In this document: piece after piece, positions 43,194-52,262 of the stretch
Position numbering within the stretch: position 1 is the stretch's first letter
Layout of the letters: the number at the start of each line of letters is the position of its first letter
Assembly (NCBI GenBank): GCA_016183425.1
Contig: JACPEP010000014.1
Coordinates: 38,148-102,147 of the forward strand
Direction: 5' to 3'
DNA from: Chloroflexota bacterium
GTDB taxonomy: Bacteria > Chloroflexota > Dehalococcoidia > JACPEP01
Length of the DNA: 64,000 nucleotides
Program-made: the position numbers and the translations under genes
The notes under the pieces: model-generated
The model's database searches: none
What the model was told of the DNA's origin: nothing
What the model saw: only the letters and a program-made list of their open reading frames with translations

Positions 43194-45692
43194 ATGCTTT
43201 CCTTGACCATTGATGGTATTTCCGTCGAAGCCTCTCCGGGCCTGACTCTGCTGGAGGCAGCCCAAAGGGGACAGGTTTATATTCCCCGTTTGTGCCACCA
43301 TCCCGACCTGCCGTCTCCCCAAACAGCCCGGGCCGTCAGCCTAGTATACCGAGGTGGCGAGGGGGTGATAGGGGATGACTCCGGGGAGGTCTTCGCTGGC
43401 TGTGGCCTTTGTGCAGTGGAGGTGGAAGGGGGATCGGACCTGGCCTTGGCCTGCGATATGGTAGTAGCTGAGGGCATGGTGGTCCACACCGACACTCCGC
43501 GCCTGCGGGAAATTCGGCAGCAAAGACTATCCACCATCCTGGCCAATCATCCCCACACATGCCTCACCTGTGCCCAGCGCGAGGGTTGCAGTCGAGAGCC
43601 CTGCTCCCTTAACGTGCCCGTGGAGGAGCGCTGCTGCTCCAAGTTCGGCAACTGCGAGTTGCGTAAGGTAGCGGAATACGTGGGAATCAAGGTCGATACC
43701 CCCAGATACCGTTTCCGGAACCTCCCCGTTACTAAGAATGAACCCCTCTTCTCTCGAGACCATAACCTGTGCATCGGCTGCACCCGGTGCGTGAGGGCCT
43801 GTAGCGAGCTGAGAGGGGTGGGGGCGCTGGGCTTTGCCCACCGGAACGGGGAAGTAGCGGTAGGTACGATAGGCCCTTCCCTGCAAGATTCGGGATGCCG
43901 TTTCTGCGGCGCTTGTGTCGAGGTCTGCCCCACGGGGGCGCTCATGGACAAAGGGGTCAAAGGGGAGAGAGAGGCCTTTCTCCTTCCTTGTGTCCATGCC
44001 TGCCCCGCCGGTGTGGATGTTCCTCGCTACCTCCATCTCGTTGCCCGAGGACAATTCTCAGAGGCGACAGCAGTGGTTCGAGAGAGGGTACCCTTTCCCG
44101 GCGCGCTGGGGAGGGTGTGCTTTCACCCTTGCGAATCAGTATGCCGTCGGGGGGAGGTGGACGAGGCGCTGGCCATTTGTGCCCTGAAGCGCGCCGCCGC
44201 CGATGGCGACGCTGGACTATGGAAGGCAAACGTTCCATCAGTGCTCGCCACCGGCAAAAGGGTGGCCATCGTCGGCTCCGGGCCGGCCGGCCTCACGGCT
44301 GCCTATTACCTGGCTCGGCTGGGCCACGGGGTAACGGTGTTTGAATCCCAGGAGGAGGCAGGGGGCATGATGCAGATGGGCATTCCCACCTACCGCCTGC
44401 CTCGGGATGTGCTCAAGAAAGAGGTGACCGACATCCTGGAGCGGGGTGTGGAGTTCAAGGGCGGTGCCTCAGTGGGAGACGCCTGGCTCAACCAACAGGG
44501 ATACGATGCTATTTTTATCGCCGTGGGGGCGCAACTGAGTCGTAAGCTTAACATACCGCGGATCGAGTTAGAGGGGATAGTGTGGGGGGTGGACTTTATG
44601 CGGGGCGTCAATCAAGGGCTGAGAGCTTCCGTAGGAGAACGGGTGGTGGTCATCGGGGGCGGAAACGTAGCAATGGATGTGGCCCTAACCGCGCGACGCC
44701 TGGGGGCACGAGAGGTCCAGTTGGCGTGCTTAGAGTCTCGGGAGGAAATGCCGGCGCACCCTTGGGAAATCCAGGAAGCGGTGGAGGAGGGGGTCGTTAT
44801 TCACCCATCTTGGGGGCCAAAGGCCATCCTGGGGGACGAGGGCCGAGTGACGGGGATAGAGTTGGTTCGCTGCACCTCTGTTTTCGATAGGGAGGGAAAG
44901 TTCAATCCCACCTACGATAGCTCGGTAGTCTCCTCCCTGGATGCGGACATGGTCATCGTGGCCATCGGTCAGGCGGTAGACCTGAGCTTTGTTAAACCTG
45001 AAGATGGAGTGAAGGTCAACCGAGGACTCATCGTAGCCGACGAAAGGCTGGCAACGACTCGGAAGGGAGTCTTTGCGGGCGGCGAGGCGGTGACGGGCCC
45101 CTCTTCGGTTATCCATGCTATTGCTGCGGGGAGGAAGGCAGCCGTAGCCGTGGATCGCTACCTGGGAGGGCGGGGGATCATTGACGAGACATTGATACCC
45201 TTTGAGGAGCCCAATCCCTGGTTGGGGAGAGAGGAGGGCTTTGCCCCTCAAAGCCGGGCCCCCATGCCCTGCCTGCCCGTAGCGGAGCGGCACCAGAGCT
45301 TTGCCGAGGTGGAGTTGGGCTTCAACCCAGAGATGGCCCAACAGGAGGCCCGACGTTGTCTACAGTGCCATCTGAGGCTCCGTATTACACCGGTGACCCT
45401 GCCCCCCGAGCCCTGGCTGGAGTTCAACCAGCACCAGTTAAGCCAGGTTCCATCCTCAGAAGGGGTGTACCAGCTTCTGGATGCCGAGAAGAAGGTCATT
45501 CTTATATTAGGCACCCCTAACCTTAGCAGTGACCTGGCAAAACAGCTAAGCTCTAACCCTAAAGCAAAGTTCTTTGCCTACTGGGAAGAGAAGATGTATA
45601 CTCGTCGGGAGAGTGAGCTCATCCAGCAGTTCACTCAGAAGCATGGCCGCTTGCCGGAGGGTAACGAGCTTTCTGAGGATCTCTTCGATTGA
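43194..45692 (+). CDS. Fused Fe-S / flavin oxidoreductase: NuoG-like 2Fe-2S plus 4Fe-4S N-terminus joined to a GltD/NfnB-like NAD(P)H-FAD module. Putative NAD(P)H:ferredoxin oxidoreductase.
   Basis: N-terminal 2Fe-2S Cys pattern. HPHTCLTCAQREGC. CIGCTRCVRAC...CGACVEVCP. GltD-like CVHACPAG...CFHPCESVC. Dinucleotide folds VAIVGSGPAGLTAAYYLA and VVVIGGGNVAMDVA. Confidence 0.7.
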   Translation: MLSLTIDGISVEASPGLTLLEAAQRGQVYIPRLCHHPDLPSPQTARAVSLVYRGGEGVIGDDSGEVFAGCGLCAVEVEGGSDLALACDMVVAEGMVVHTDTPRLREIRQQRLSTILANHPHTCLTCAQREGCSREPCSLNVPVEERCCSKFGNCELRKVAEYVGIKVDTPRYRFRNLPVTKNEPLFSRDHNLCIGCTRCVRACSELRGVGALGFAHRNGEVAVGTIGPSLQDSGCRFCGACVEVCPTGALMDKGVKGEREAFLLPCVHACPAGVDVPRYLHLVARGQFSEATAVVRERVPFPGALGRVCFHPCESVCRRGEVDEALAICALKRAAADGDAGLWKANVPSVLATGKRVAIVGSGPAGLTAAYYLARLGHGVTVFESQEEAGGMMQMGIPTYRLPRDVLKKEVTDILERGVEFKGGASVGDAWLNQQGYDAIFIAVGAQLSRKLNIPRIELEGIVWGVDFMRGVNQGLRASVGERVVVIGGGNVAMDVALTARRLGAREVQLACLESREEMPAHPWEIQEAVEEGVVIHPSWGPKAILGDEGRVTGIELVRCTSVFDREGKFNPTYDSSVVSSLDADMVIVAIGQAVDLSFVKPEDGVKVNRGLIVADERLATTRKGVFAGGEAVTGPSSVIHAIAAGRKAAVAVDRYLGGRGIIDETLIPFEEPNPWLGREEGFAPQSRAPMPCLPVAERHQSFAEVELGFNPEMAQQEARRCLQCHLRLRITPVTLPPEPWLEFNQHQLSQVPSSEGVYQLLDAEKKVILILGTPNLSSDLAKQLSSNPKAKFFAYWEEKMYTRRESELIQQFTQKHGRLPEGNELSEDLFD

Positions 45693-45719
45693 TGGGCTTA
45701 TGTTCCAAAGGAGACGACT

Positions 45720-45956
45720 ATGGGCGGGAAACCGAAATCTCGGGATGGGCAACTAAGAGGCGAGGGATGGCTGAGACAATTTAGCATCGAGGAACCGCGC
45801 CTCAGCGAGTTTGTAAATCTCTATAAATCCTTGGGTATGGAGGTACACCTGGAGCCCATGACCCCCAGCGAATCCCCGGAAGAGTGCCAGGCCTGTTTTC
45901 TGTCCCAGTGCGACAAGTACAAGACCATCTACACCCGCCCCAAAAGGCAGGGTTAA
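45720..45956 (+). CDS. Small hypothetical Cys-containing protein (78 aa)
   Basis: ORF directly after the oxidoreductase. Contains CQACFLSQC. Uncertain. Confidence 0.3.
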   Translation: MGGKPKSRDGQLRGEGWLRQFSIEEPRLSEFVNLYKSLGMEVHLEPMTPSESPEECQACFLSQCDKYKTIYTRPKRQG

Positions 45957-46099
45957 GACCCCAAAAGCTAGCCCTCCCCTCTGGAAAATATTCTAGGGGA
46001 ATCCCCCAAAAGGTGCCCGACCTGTTTCATATTCGGGTGCAATGGCACAAGATCATTTGTGCCTTACCGAAAGGCAGATTCTAGCCCCCTAAAAACTAG

Positions 46100-46130
46100 C
46101 CTCTCCGCTGAGCGATGCTCAGCGGAGAGG
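46100..46130. terminator. 14-15-bp perfect hairpin between convergent genes (bidirectional terminator candidate)
   Basis: CCTCTCCGCTGAGC-GAT-GCTCAGCGGAGAGG, followed by a TTCTGT stretch. Confidence 0.4.
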
Positions 46131-46159
46131 CGTTCTGTCAACCTTAAAATAGTCCTCTA

Positions 46160-46642
46160 CTAAGTTTTAGGCTTATGACATGCCTGGCACATATCGTTGG
46201 TACGTCCGGCATGGTTGGCAGGGACTTTTGGCGCTCCCGCCACCCCCGTTTCGTGACAGCTTAGGCAGATACCCGTGCGTCCCTCAAGACTGTGGGGAAT
46301 AGGTGGTGGCCCAGCAGATGGGGAGGCGGTAGGAGTGACCGCCGGTCTGGTGGGCGTTGCGGCGGGAGCGGTGGTGGGTGTGGCCGCAGGGGCAGTAGTG
46401 GGTGCGGCCGGTGGTCTGGTAGGTGTCGCTGCGGGGGCAGTAGTGGGTGTCGCTGCGGAAGCAGTGGTCGGCGTAGCCGGCGGTCTGGTGGATGTTGCGG
46501 CGGCGGCTACCGTAGGAGTCGCCGCTGCCTTGGTTGGGGTAGGAGTCGGCTGCGGTTGAGCGCAGGCTAAGCTAAGAGTGGCGATTCCCAGCAGGGTGAT
46601 GACTATTCCGAGGAGCCCCGTTTTACTTTTTTGGGATAACAC
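46160..46642 (-). CDS. Lipoprotein with PT-rich tandem repeats and a C-terminal di-CxxCH (c-type heme-binding-like) domain
   Basis: Lipobox LSLAC. Repeats AATPTTAPAATPTRPP. C-terminus CLSCHETG...CQACHK. Confidence 0.55.
   Translation of the reverse strand: MLSQKSKTGLLGIVITLLGIATLSLACAQPQPTPTPTKAAATPTVAAAATSTRPPATPTTASAATPTTAPAATPTRPPAAPTTAPAATPTTAPAATPTRPAVTPTASPSAGPPPIPHSLEGRTGICLSCHETGVAGAPKVPANHAGRTNDMCQACHKPKT
46300..46550. repeat. Imperfect approximately 45-48-bp tandem DNA repeats encoding the PT-rich linker
   Basis: Reiterated ggtggtgggtgt(g/c)gc(c/t)gc(a/g)gg(g/a)gcagt(a/g)gt(g/c)gg units seen directly in the sequence. They are coding, not CRISPR. Confidence 0.5.
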
Positions 46643-46807
46643 ATCTACCTCCTTGAAGAAAGTCTAATTGTTTCCCAGCTATTTTTTGAAATCCCTAATA
46701 GCCTATCTGGGTGAGTTTTACATAAGTTGTGAAAACAAGAACTATTATAGACCCAAGAGGGTGGCGTGTCAATCACTGTGACACTACAATGGCGTCACTC
46801 TTAGTGA

Positions 46808-49552
46808 TTACTTAGTTACTGTTTTCTGCCGAGCCAAGGCTTGAAGAACACTTGAAGGGGTCATGGGCAGGCGGTGGAGGCGGGCGCCAGTAGCATAGGC
46901 GATGGCGTTGGCGATGGCGGCGGCGGTGGGCACCGGCGTTATCTCCGCTCCCCCCTTGGCCCCGAAGGGGCCGGTGGGCACAGGGTCTTGGACAAAAACA
47001 CTATCTACCTGAGGGACATCCCTGGTGGAGGGGAGCCCATACTCTTTAAAAGTAGCAGTTTGGCCCAGAACAAAGGCTTCCTTCAAGGCGAAGCCGAGGC
47101 CCATGAGGACCCCTCCCTCCACCTGGCGCTGGAAGCCCTGTGGGTTGACGATACGGCCGGCGTCGGCTGCATGGACGATGCGCTTCACCCGGACCTCCCC
47201 CGTTTCCTGGTGGACTTCCACCTGGGCCAGTTGGGCGGCGTAGATATAGAAAGGGCAAATGGCTCCCCGCCCTTCTTCGTCCAGGGGTTGGTAGATGCGG
47301 TTGCGGAACGCCCCTTTGTAGCGAAGAGGAATGCTGCGGCCCCGGCAAATCTCGGCCAGACGCTCTAGGCTTATCCGATGAGAGGGATCGGCGGCGGAGA
47401 AGGCGTAGTCATCCTTCATCTGGACCTGTTCCCTTCTCTCCTCCAAGACATCCGCCGCTGCCTGAAGCAGTGCCTCCTTGAGGGAAGCAGCCGCCCGCCA
47501 CACAGCGTTTCCGGACAGGTAGGTGGTCTTCTGGCCGGAAGTGGAAAGGGCACGCGGCGTTAGATCGGTGTCGGCGGCGGTAAGGACAATAGCTGAGGGA
47601 TGCACCCTCAGCTCTTCGGCGGCAATTTGCAGGAGCATAGTCCACTCCCCCGCCCCCAGATCCACGGCGCCGGTGAAAAGGTGAAATTTGCCGTCTGCCC
47701 CTAGCTCCACGTACGCCTCCGCCTCCAGGTCTTCGCCTGCGAAAGCGCGCCACATGTTCCCTATTCCTATCCCCCGCCGCACTGACCCATCCCCCTTCTC
47801 CTGGGCCCACCTTTTGGCTTCCTCATAGTGGGGACGTATCGCCTCCAGGACAGCACCCACGCCCACGCTCTCATCCAAGACGTGGCTGGTGGCGGTGGCG
47901 GAGCCCATACGAAGGGCATTGCGGCGCCGCAGTTCCCAAGGGTCCAGGCCCAACCGGGACGCCATGATATCCATTTGTTGTTCCATGCCAAAGGCGGTTT
48001 GGGGGCTGGAATAGCCTCGGACAGCGCCGGACAGAGGCGAGTTAGTGCAGACAGTCCATACCTGGACGAAGACGTTGGGAATTTCATAAGGGCCGCTGCC
48101 GCAAATAGCGCCGTGGTAGGGAACGGTGGCCTCATGGCGGGCGCCGGGATAGGCGCCGCCATTGGCCACGATGTCCAGCTTCAATGCGGTTAGCTTGCCC
48201 TCTTTGGTGACCCCCGTTTTGAAGGTCATGGAGAAGGGAAAGCGTTTATGGGTGGTAATGAGATTTTCTTCCCTGGTGAAGACCATCTTGGCCGGGCGCC
48301 CGGTGCGATGGGCCACCAAGGCGGCAAACATGGCATAGTTGGCTCCGATCTTGCCTCCAAAACCGCCCCCCAGGGTGGCGGCCACTACGCGCACCTGCTC
48401 AGGGGGGATGTTCAGCACCCGGACCAGGGTATCCCGGGCGCCGTGGGGGTACTGGATGCTCGCCTCTACCATCATTCGACCTTGATGGTCACGATAGGCC
48501 ACGGCAGCTTCCGGCTCCAGGTAAGCATGTGCCTGGTGGGATGTGCTGTAGGTGTTCTCTACAATAATATCGGCCTGGGCAAAGCCAGCCTCTATGTCTC
48601 CCTTGACCACTTTTTGATAGAAGTCCAGGTTACCCTCAGGATGGAGCTGAGGGGTGCCCGGGCGCATGGCCTCTTGGGGGTCGAAGACGGCGGGGAGCAG
48701 CTCGTAGTCCACCTTTATCAAGGAGAGGGCCTGCTGGGCGATCTCTTCCGTTTCGGCTGCCGCCAGGGCCAGTGCCTGTCCTTTGAAGCAGACCTTCTCT
48801 TCGGCCAGCAAGGGCTGTTGTGTCTTTTTGGGGTGGGGAGCGACGTTTCCCGGAACATCCCGGGCTGTGATGACATCTACCACGCCGGGCAGCTTTCTGG
48901 CCTGGGAGGTATCAATGCTACGAATGTTAGCATGGTGGTGGGGGCTGCGAAGCACCTTGATATGAAGCATGTTTTCCTTGAAGATATCCGCGGCATAGAT
49001 GGCGCGGCCAGTTACCTTTTTCCACGCATCCACCCGAGGCACACTGCGTCCCACCGCCCCATCGCCGTTGTCCCGAACCTTCCTCTCGCCGCCTTTCATC
49101 AGGTGAGCGGCGTAAAGGACGGCATCTATGATACCTGTGTAGCCAGTGCAGCGACACAGGTTGCGCGATAGCCTTTTAGCCACGTCTTCCCGAGTGGGGT
49201 TGGCATTGCTATCCAGAAGAGCTTTAGCCTGAAGGATCATGCCTGGGGTACAAAAGCCACACTGGACGGCCCCCATGTCTATAAAAGCCTCCTGAAGGGG
49301 ATGGAGCGCCTCTGGCGGGGCCAGGCCTTCGATAGTAAGGATGCTCTTGCCCTGGGCCCTCTCCGCCGGCAAACGACATGACATGACCGCTTTCCCATCC
49401 ATGATAACGGTGCAGGCGCCGCACTCACCGCCGTCGCAGCCCTGTTTGGCTCCGGTAAGGCGCAGGTCCCCTCGAAGCACCTGGAGAAGGGAGCGTCCCG
49501 ACGTAACCGCCACGCTCTTCGGCTGTCCGTTAACAGTAAAGGAAATCGTCAT
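46808..49552 (-). CDS. Single-polypeptide molybdo-iron-sulfur aldehyde oxidoreductase (Mop-like, xanthine dehydrogenase family, no FAD subunit)
   Basis: Start set at MTISFTVNGQ. CoxS-like 2x[2Fe-2S] (CDGGECGACTV, CGFCTPG, CRCTGY) is fused to the CoxL-like Mo-pterin domain. The ORF track starts 34 codons earlier, at a TTG. Confidence 0.75.
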   Translation of the reverse strand: MTISFTVNGQPKSVAVTSGRSLLQVLRGDLRLTGAKQGCDGGECGACTVIMDGKAVMSCRLPAERAQGKSILTIEGLAPPEALHPLQEAFIDMGAVQCGFCTPGMILQAKALLDSNANPTREDVAKRLSRNLCRCTGYTGIIDAVLYAAHLMKGGERKVRDNGDGAVGRSVPRVDAWKKVTGRAIYAADIFKENMLHIKVLRSPHHHANIRSIDTSQARKLPGVVDVITARDVPGNVAPHPKKTQQPLLAEEKVCFKGQALALAAAETEEIAQQALSLIKVDYELLPAVFDPQEAMRPGTPQLHPEGNLDFYQKVVKGDIEAGFAQADIIVENTYSTSHQAHAYLEPEAAVAYRDHQGRMMVEASIQYPHGARDTLVRVLNIPPEQVRVVAATLGGGFGGKIGANYAMFAALVAHRTGRPAKMVFTREENLITTHKRFPFSMTFKTGVTKEGKLTALKLDIVANGGAYPGARHEATVPYHGAICGSGPYEIPNVFVQVWTVCTNSPLSGAVRGYSSPQTAFGMEQQMDIMASRLGLDPWELRRRNALRMGSATATSHVLDESVGVGAVLEAIRPHYEEAKRWAQEKGDGSVRRGIGIGNMWRAFAGEDLEAEAYVELGADGKFHLFTGAVDLGAGEWTMLLQIAAEELRVHPSAIVLTAADTDLTPRALSTSGQKTTYLSGNAVWRAAASLKEALLQAAADVLEERREQVQMKDDYAFSAADPSHRISLERLAEICRGRSIPLRYKGAFRNRIYQPLDEEGRGAICPFYIYAAQLAQVEVHQETGEVRVKRIVHAADAGRIVNPQGFQRQVEGGVLMGLGFALKEAFVLGQTATFKEYGLPSTRDVPQVDSVFVQDPVPTGPFGAKGGAEITPVPTAAAIANAIAYATGARLHRLPMTPSSVLQALARQKTVTK

Positions 49553-49856
49553 CTCTTCCAAGGTTTTATCCTCTCTAAAAACCCCATCGCTGGCGTTAGG
49601 CCATGTAACGAAAACTATGTCAACTATTATGCCCCATGCCACCTCAGAAGGCAACCTCTTTCCCTTTCGAGGCTGTTTAATAACGGGGGCTTCAAGGGAG
49701 CCTCTTGATAGGGGTCCGGAGGTAGCCCCCTCCCCGCCTCTGGCGGGGACAAATTTCCAGGGCGGGTGGGTAAGAAGAGATGTTCGCTCTCTATTTCTTG
49801 TCTCGCCAGTGTGGGGTTGCTACAATGGGCCTGTGACAACCAGGGGAAAGTGGCTC

Positions 49857-52211
49857 ATGGGGCTGCTCCTCATCCTTCTGCCTATGGCTCTAGCTGCCCT
49901 CTTGCGTTTTTGGGAGATAGCGAGCATTCCCCGGGGCTGGCACCACGATGAAGCTTTGATGGGGGTTATGGCCTCTGAGGTCCTCCGAGGGGTGCAGCGT
50001 CCCCTTTTCTTCACCGCCTATCTGGGTCAGGAGCCCCTATATATTTACCTGTCGGCGGGTATGATGTGGCTCACCGGAAGCAGCGATATTCTGCCGTTGC
50101 GCCTGGTCTCCGCCCTGGCGGGGGTGGCCACAGTGGGGGTGACCTACCTCCTGGGGAGGGAGATGTTTGGCCGAAGAGTGGGCTGGGTGGCGGCCTGGCT
50201 GCTGGCGGCGTCTTTCTGGCAGGTGATGCTGGGCCGCATGGGCTATCGCACCATCACCCAGCCCCTTCTGGAAGGGTTGACGGTTTACCTACTGTGGCGG
50301 GCGGCTAGAAAGGGCGGGGGGAAGCTTTGGGGGGCGGCGGGGGGGTCCTTGGGCGCTACATTCTATACCTATCTGGCCAGCCGCTCTTTCCCCATAGTTT
50401 TTGTCCTCTTCGCTATCTGGTGGGTGGCGACGCGTTCCCGGCCTTCAAAGGCCGTGGTGCGTAGGCTGATTCTATTCCTGGCATTGGCCGCCGCTACGGC
50501 GGCCCCCCTGGCCCTTTTCTTCCTCACTCACCCGGGAACCTTCGCCCCTCGTCTTCAGCAGGTCTCCATCTTGAGGCCAGGGCAAGGACAGACTACCCTG
50601 ACCCTTTTCCTTCGCGCTCTGGGAGATGCGGCTAGCATCTTCACCTGGCAAGGGTTCCCCTACCCCTACTTCAACCTTCCCAACCGGCCCGTGTTTGTGG
50701 GAGCAGTGGCCATCCTTTTCTATGTTGGTGCCCTGGTGATGCTGGTGCGAGCCTGGCGAGGAGAGCCGGCCAGCGCCATGGTGGTGGCCTGGATGGTGGG
50801 GATGTCGCCACCCATTCTTCTCTCCGAGGATGGTGCCAAGTACATCCTACGGGCCATGGGCTTGGTGCCCGCTCTCTATATGGTGCCTGCTCTAGGTCTA
50901 ATGGCACTCTGGGGATGGTTGGAAAGAAGGTGGCCGAGACGGAAGGTCGTCATTCTCTCCCTGGTTGTCCTCATCCTCGCCTCCGACGTAGCGCTGACAT
51001 TCAGGGACTACTTCTTCCTCTGGAGCGATAGCTTTGATACCCTCTCTTTGGGAGGCGATGATGTGGTAGCCCAGGCCCGCTATCTGGAGGGAAACCCCAT
51101 GCCAGAGGGTGATGTATTTGTCGCTTCCGAGCATTACCCTCATCCGGTGCTGGCCCATCTGGCTCCCAACGCCTATCCCAGCCTCCGCTGGTTCGACGGC
51201 CGGCAGAGCTTTGTTTACTCTCCGGGAAAGGATAACCTCTACTTGGTGCCCTTCTCTAGCCTGCCCCAGAATCTGGACGACCTGATAGCCCCTTCCTATC
51301 TTGTTTCATCATCCTATTACTCCAACCAGGTGCCCCGCCTTTTGGTTTACCATCTCACGGCTACCCAGGTAATAGGCGAGATGGACCGTCTCCTCACAAA
51401 CCCCAGGAATCGCCCTTTGAATGTCAGGCTGGGGGGTGAGGTAGAGCTTCTGGCCTATCGTTTGGACAGCAAGGTCAGGGCAGGGGATGTGCTGGAGTTG
51501 ACCCTAATATGGCGCGTATTGGATAGTGCCCAGGGCAAGGACTATGTGTTTTTTTCGCACCTCCTGGATCATAAGGGCCGGATGTGGGGACAAGGAGACG
51601 TGAATGGCTATCCCAGCGCCGAATGGCGTCCTGGGGATGTAGTGGTGGGACGTTATGATTTGAGGGTGTCCCCCCAGGCTTCGCCGGGGCGATACTTAGT
51701 TGATGTAGGCATCTACGATCGCGCCACTCTGACGCGTTTAAAGACGGAGAAAGGCGACGATAGCGTGGTGCTGGGAGCAGTAAAGGTAACATCTGTGCAG
51801 GCGGTGGACCCCGCCCATATCTCCCAGGCCATTGGGATGGGGCTGGGGGAGGATATTCGCCTCTTGGGCTTCGACCTGAGTCCCCGGGGTATGGAGGTGG
51901 GGGAGGCGAAGGTTACGCTGTACTGGCAGACGCGCCGCCAGCTAGGGCGGGACTACACGGTTTTCCTGCATCTTCTGGATGAGAACGGCAACATAGCGGC
52001 TCAGACAGATTCCATGCCCGGAGAGGGGGGGTTTCCCACCTCCTTTTGGGAGGCTGGGGAGATTGTGGTGGACTCTTATTTTTTGAAGCTACCCCCTCAA
52101 CTGCCCCCCGGCCGATACCGCCTCATCGCCGGTATGTACCTTTTGGACACCGGGGAGCGGTTGCCCACCTCCGGAGGGGACTACATCGTGTTGACTACTC
52201 TGGAAAGGTGA
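49857..52211 (+). CDS. GT39/ArnT/PMT-like (GT-C) glycosyltransferase with tandem C-terminal repeat domains
   Basis: ATG after AGGGGAAAG. N-terminus LRFWEIASIPRGWHHDEALMG plus many TM helices. Two C-terminal approximately 95-aa repeats homologous to those of the 7173 gene. The track ORF from 49341 overlaps the upstream gene and is not used. Confidence 0.65.
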   Translation: MGLLLILLPMALAALLRFWEIASIPRGWHHDEALMGVMASEVLRGVQRPLFFTAYLGQEPLYIYLSAGMMWLTGSSDILPLRLVSALAGVATVGVTYLLGREMFGRRVGWVAAWLLAASFWQVMLGRMGYRTITQPLLEGLTVYLLWRAARKGGGKLWGAAGGSLGATFYTYLASRSFPIVFVLFAIWWVATRSRPSKAVVRRLILFLALAAATAAPLALFFLTHPGTFAPRLQQVSILRPGQGQTTLTLFLRALGDAASIFTWQGFPYPYFNLPNRPVFVGAVAILFYVGALVMLVRAWRGEPASAMVVAWMVGMSPPILLSEDGAKYILRAMGLVPALYMVPALGLMALWGWLERRWPRRKVVILSLVVLILASDVALTFRDYFFLWSDSFDTLSLGGDDVVAQARYLEGNPMPEGDVFVASEHYPHPVLAHLAPNAYPSLRWFDGRQSFVYSPGKDNLYLVPFSSLPQNLDDLIAPSYLVSSSYYSNQVPRLLVYHLTATQVIGEMDRLLTNPRNRPLNVRLGGEVELLAYRLDSKVRAGDVLELTLIWRVLDSAQGKDYVFFSHLLDHKGRMWGQGDVNGYPSAEWRPGDVVVGRYDLRVSPQASPGRYLVDVGIYDRATLTRLKTEKGDDSVVLGAVKVTSVQAVDPAHISQAIGMGLGEDIRLLGFDLSPRGMEVGEAKVTLYWQTRRQLGRDYTVFLHLLDENGNIAAQTDSMPGEGGFPTSFWEAGEIVVDSYFLKLPPQLPPGRYRLIAGMYLLDTGERLPTSGGDYIVLTTLER

Positions 52212-52262
52212 TACAATGGCGGGAGACGCCGGAGTTTAGAAAAAAAGGAGCCGGAGGTAAGA

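Noticed and set aside
46275-46570. Tandem repeats that could be mistaken for a CRISPR array
   Set aside because: The repeats are imperfect, contiguous with no unique spacers, and in-frame coding for the PT-rich linker of the lipoprotein.
49341-49856. Upstream extension of the GT39 ORF, start at 49341
   Set aside because: It would overlap about 200 bp of the reverse-strand aldehyde oxidoreductase gene. The ATG at 49857 has an RBS and begins the conserved GT39 N-terminus.
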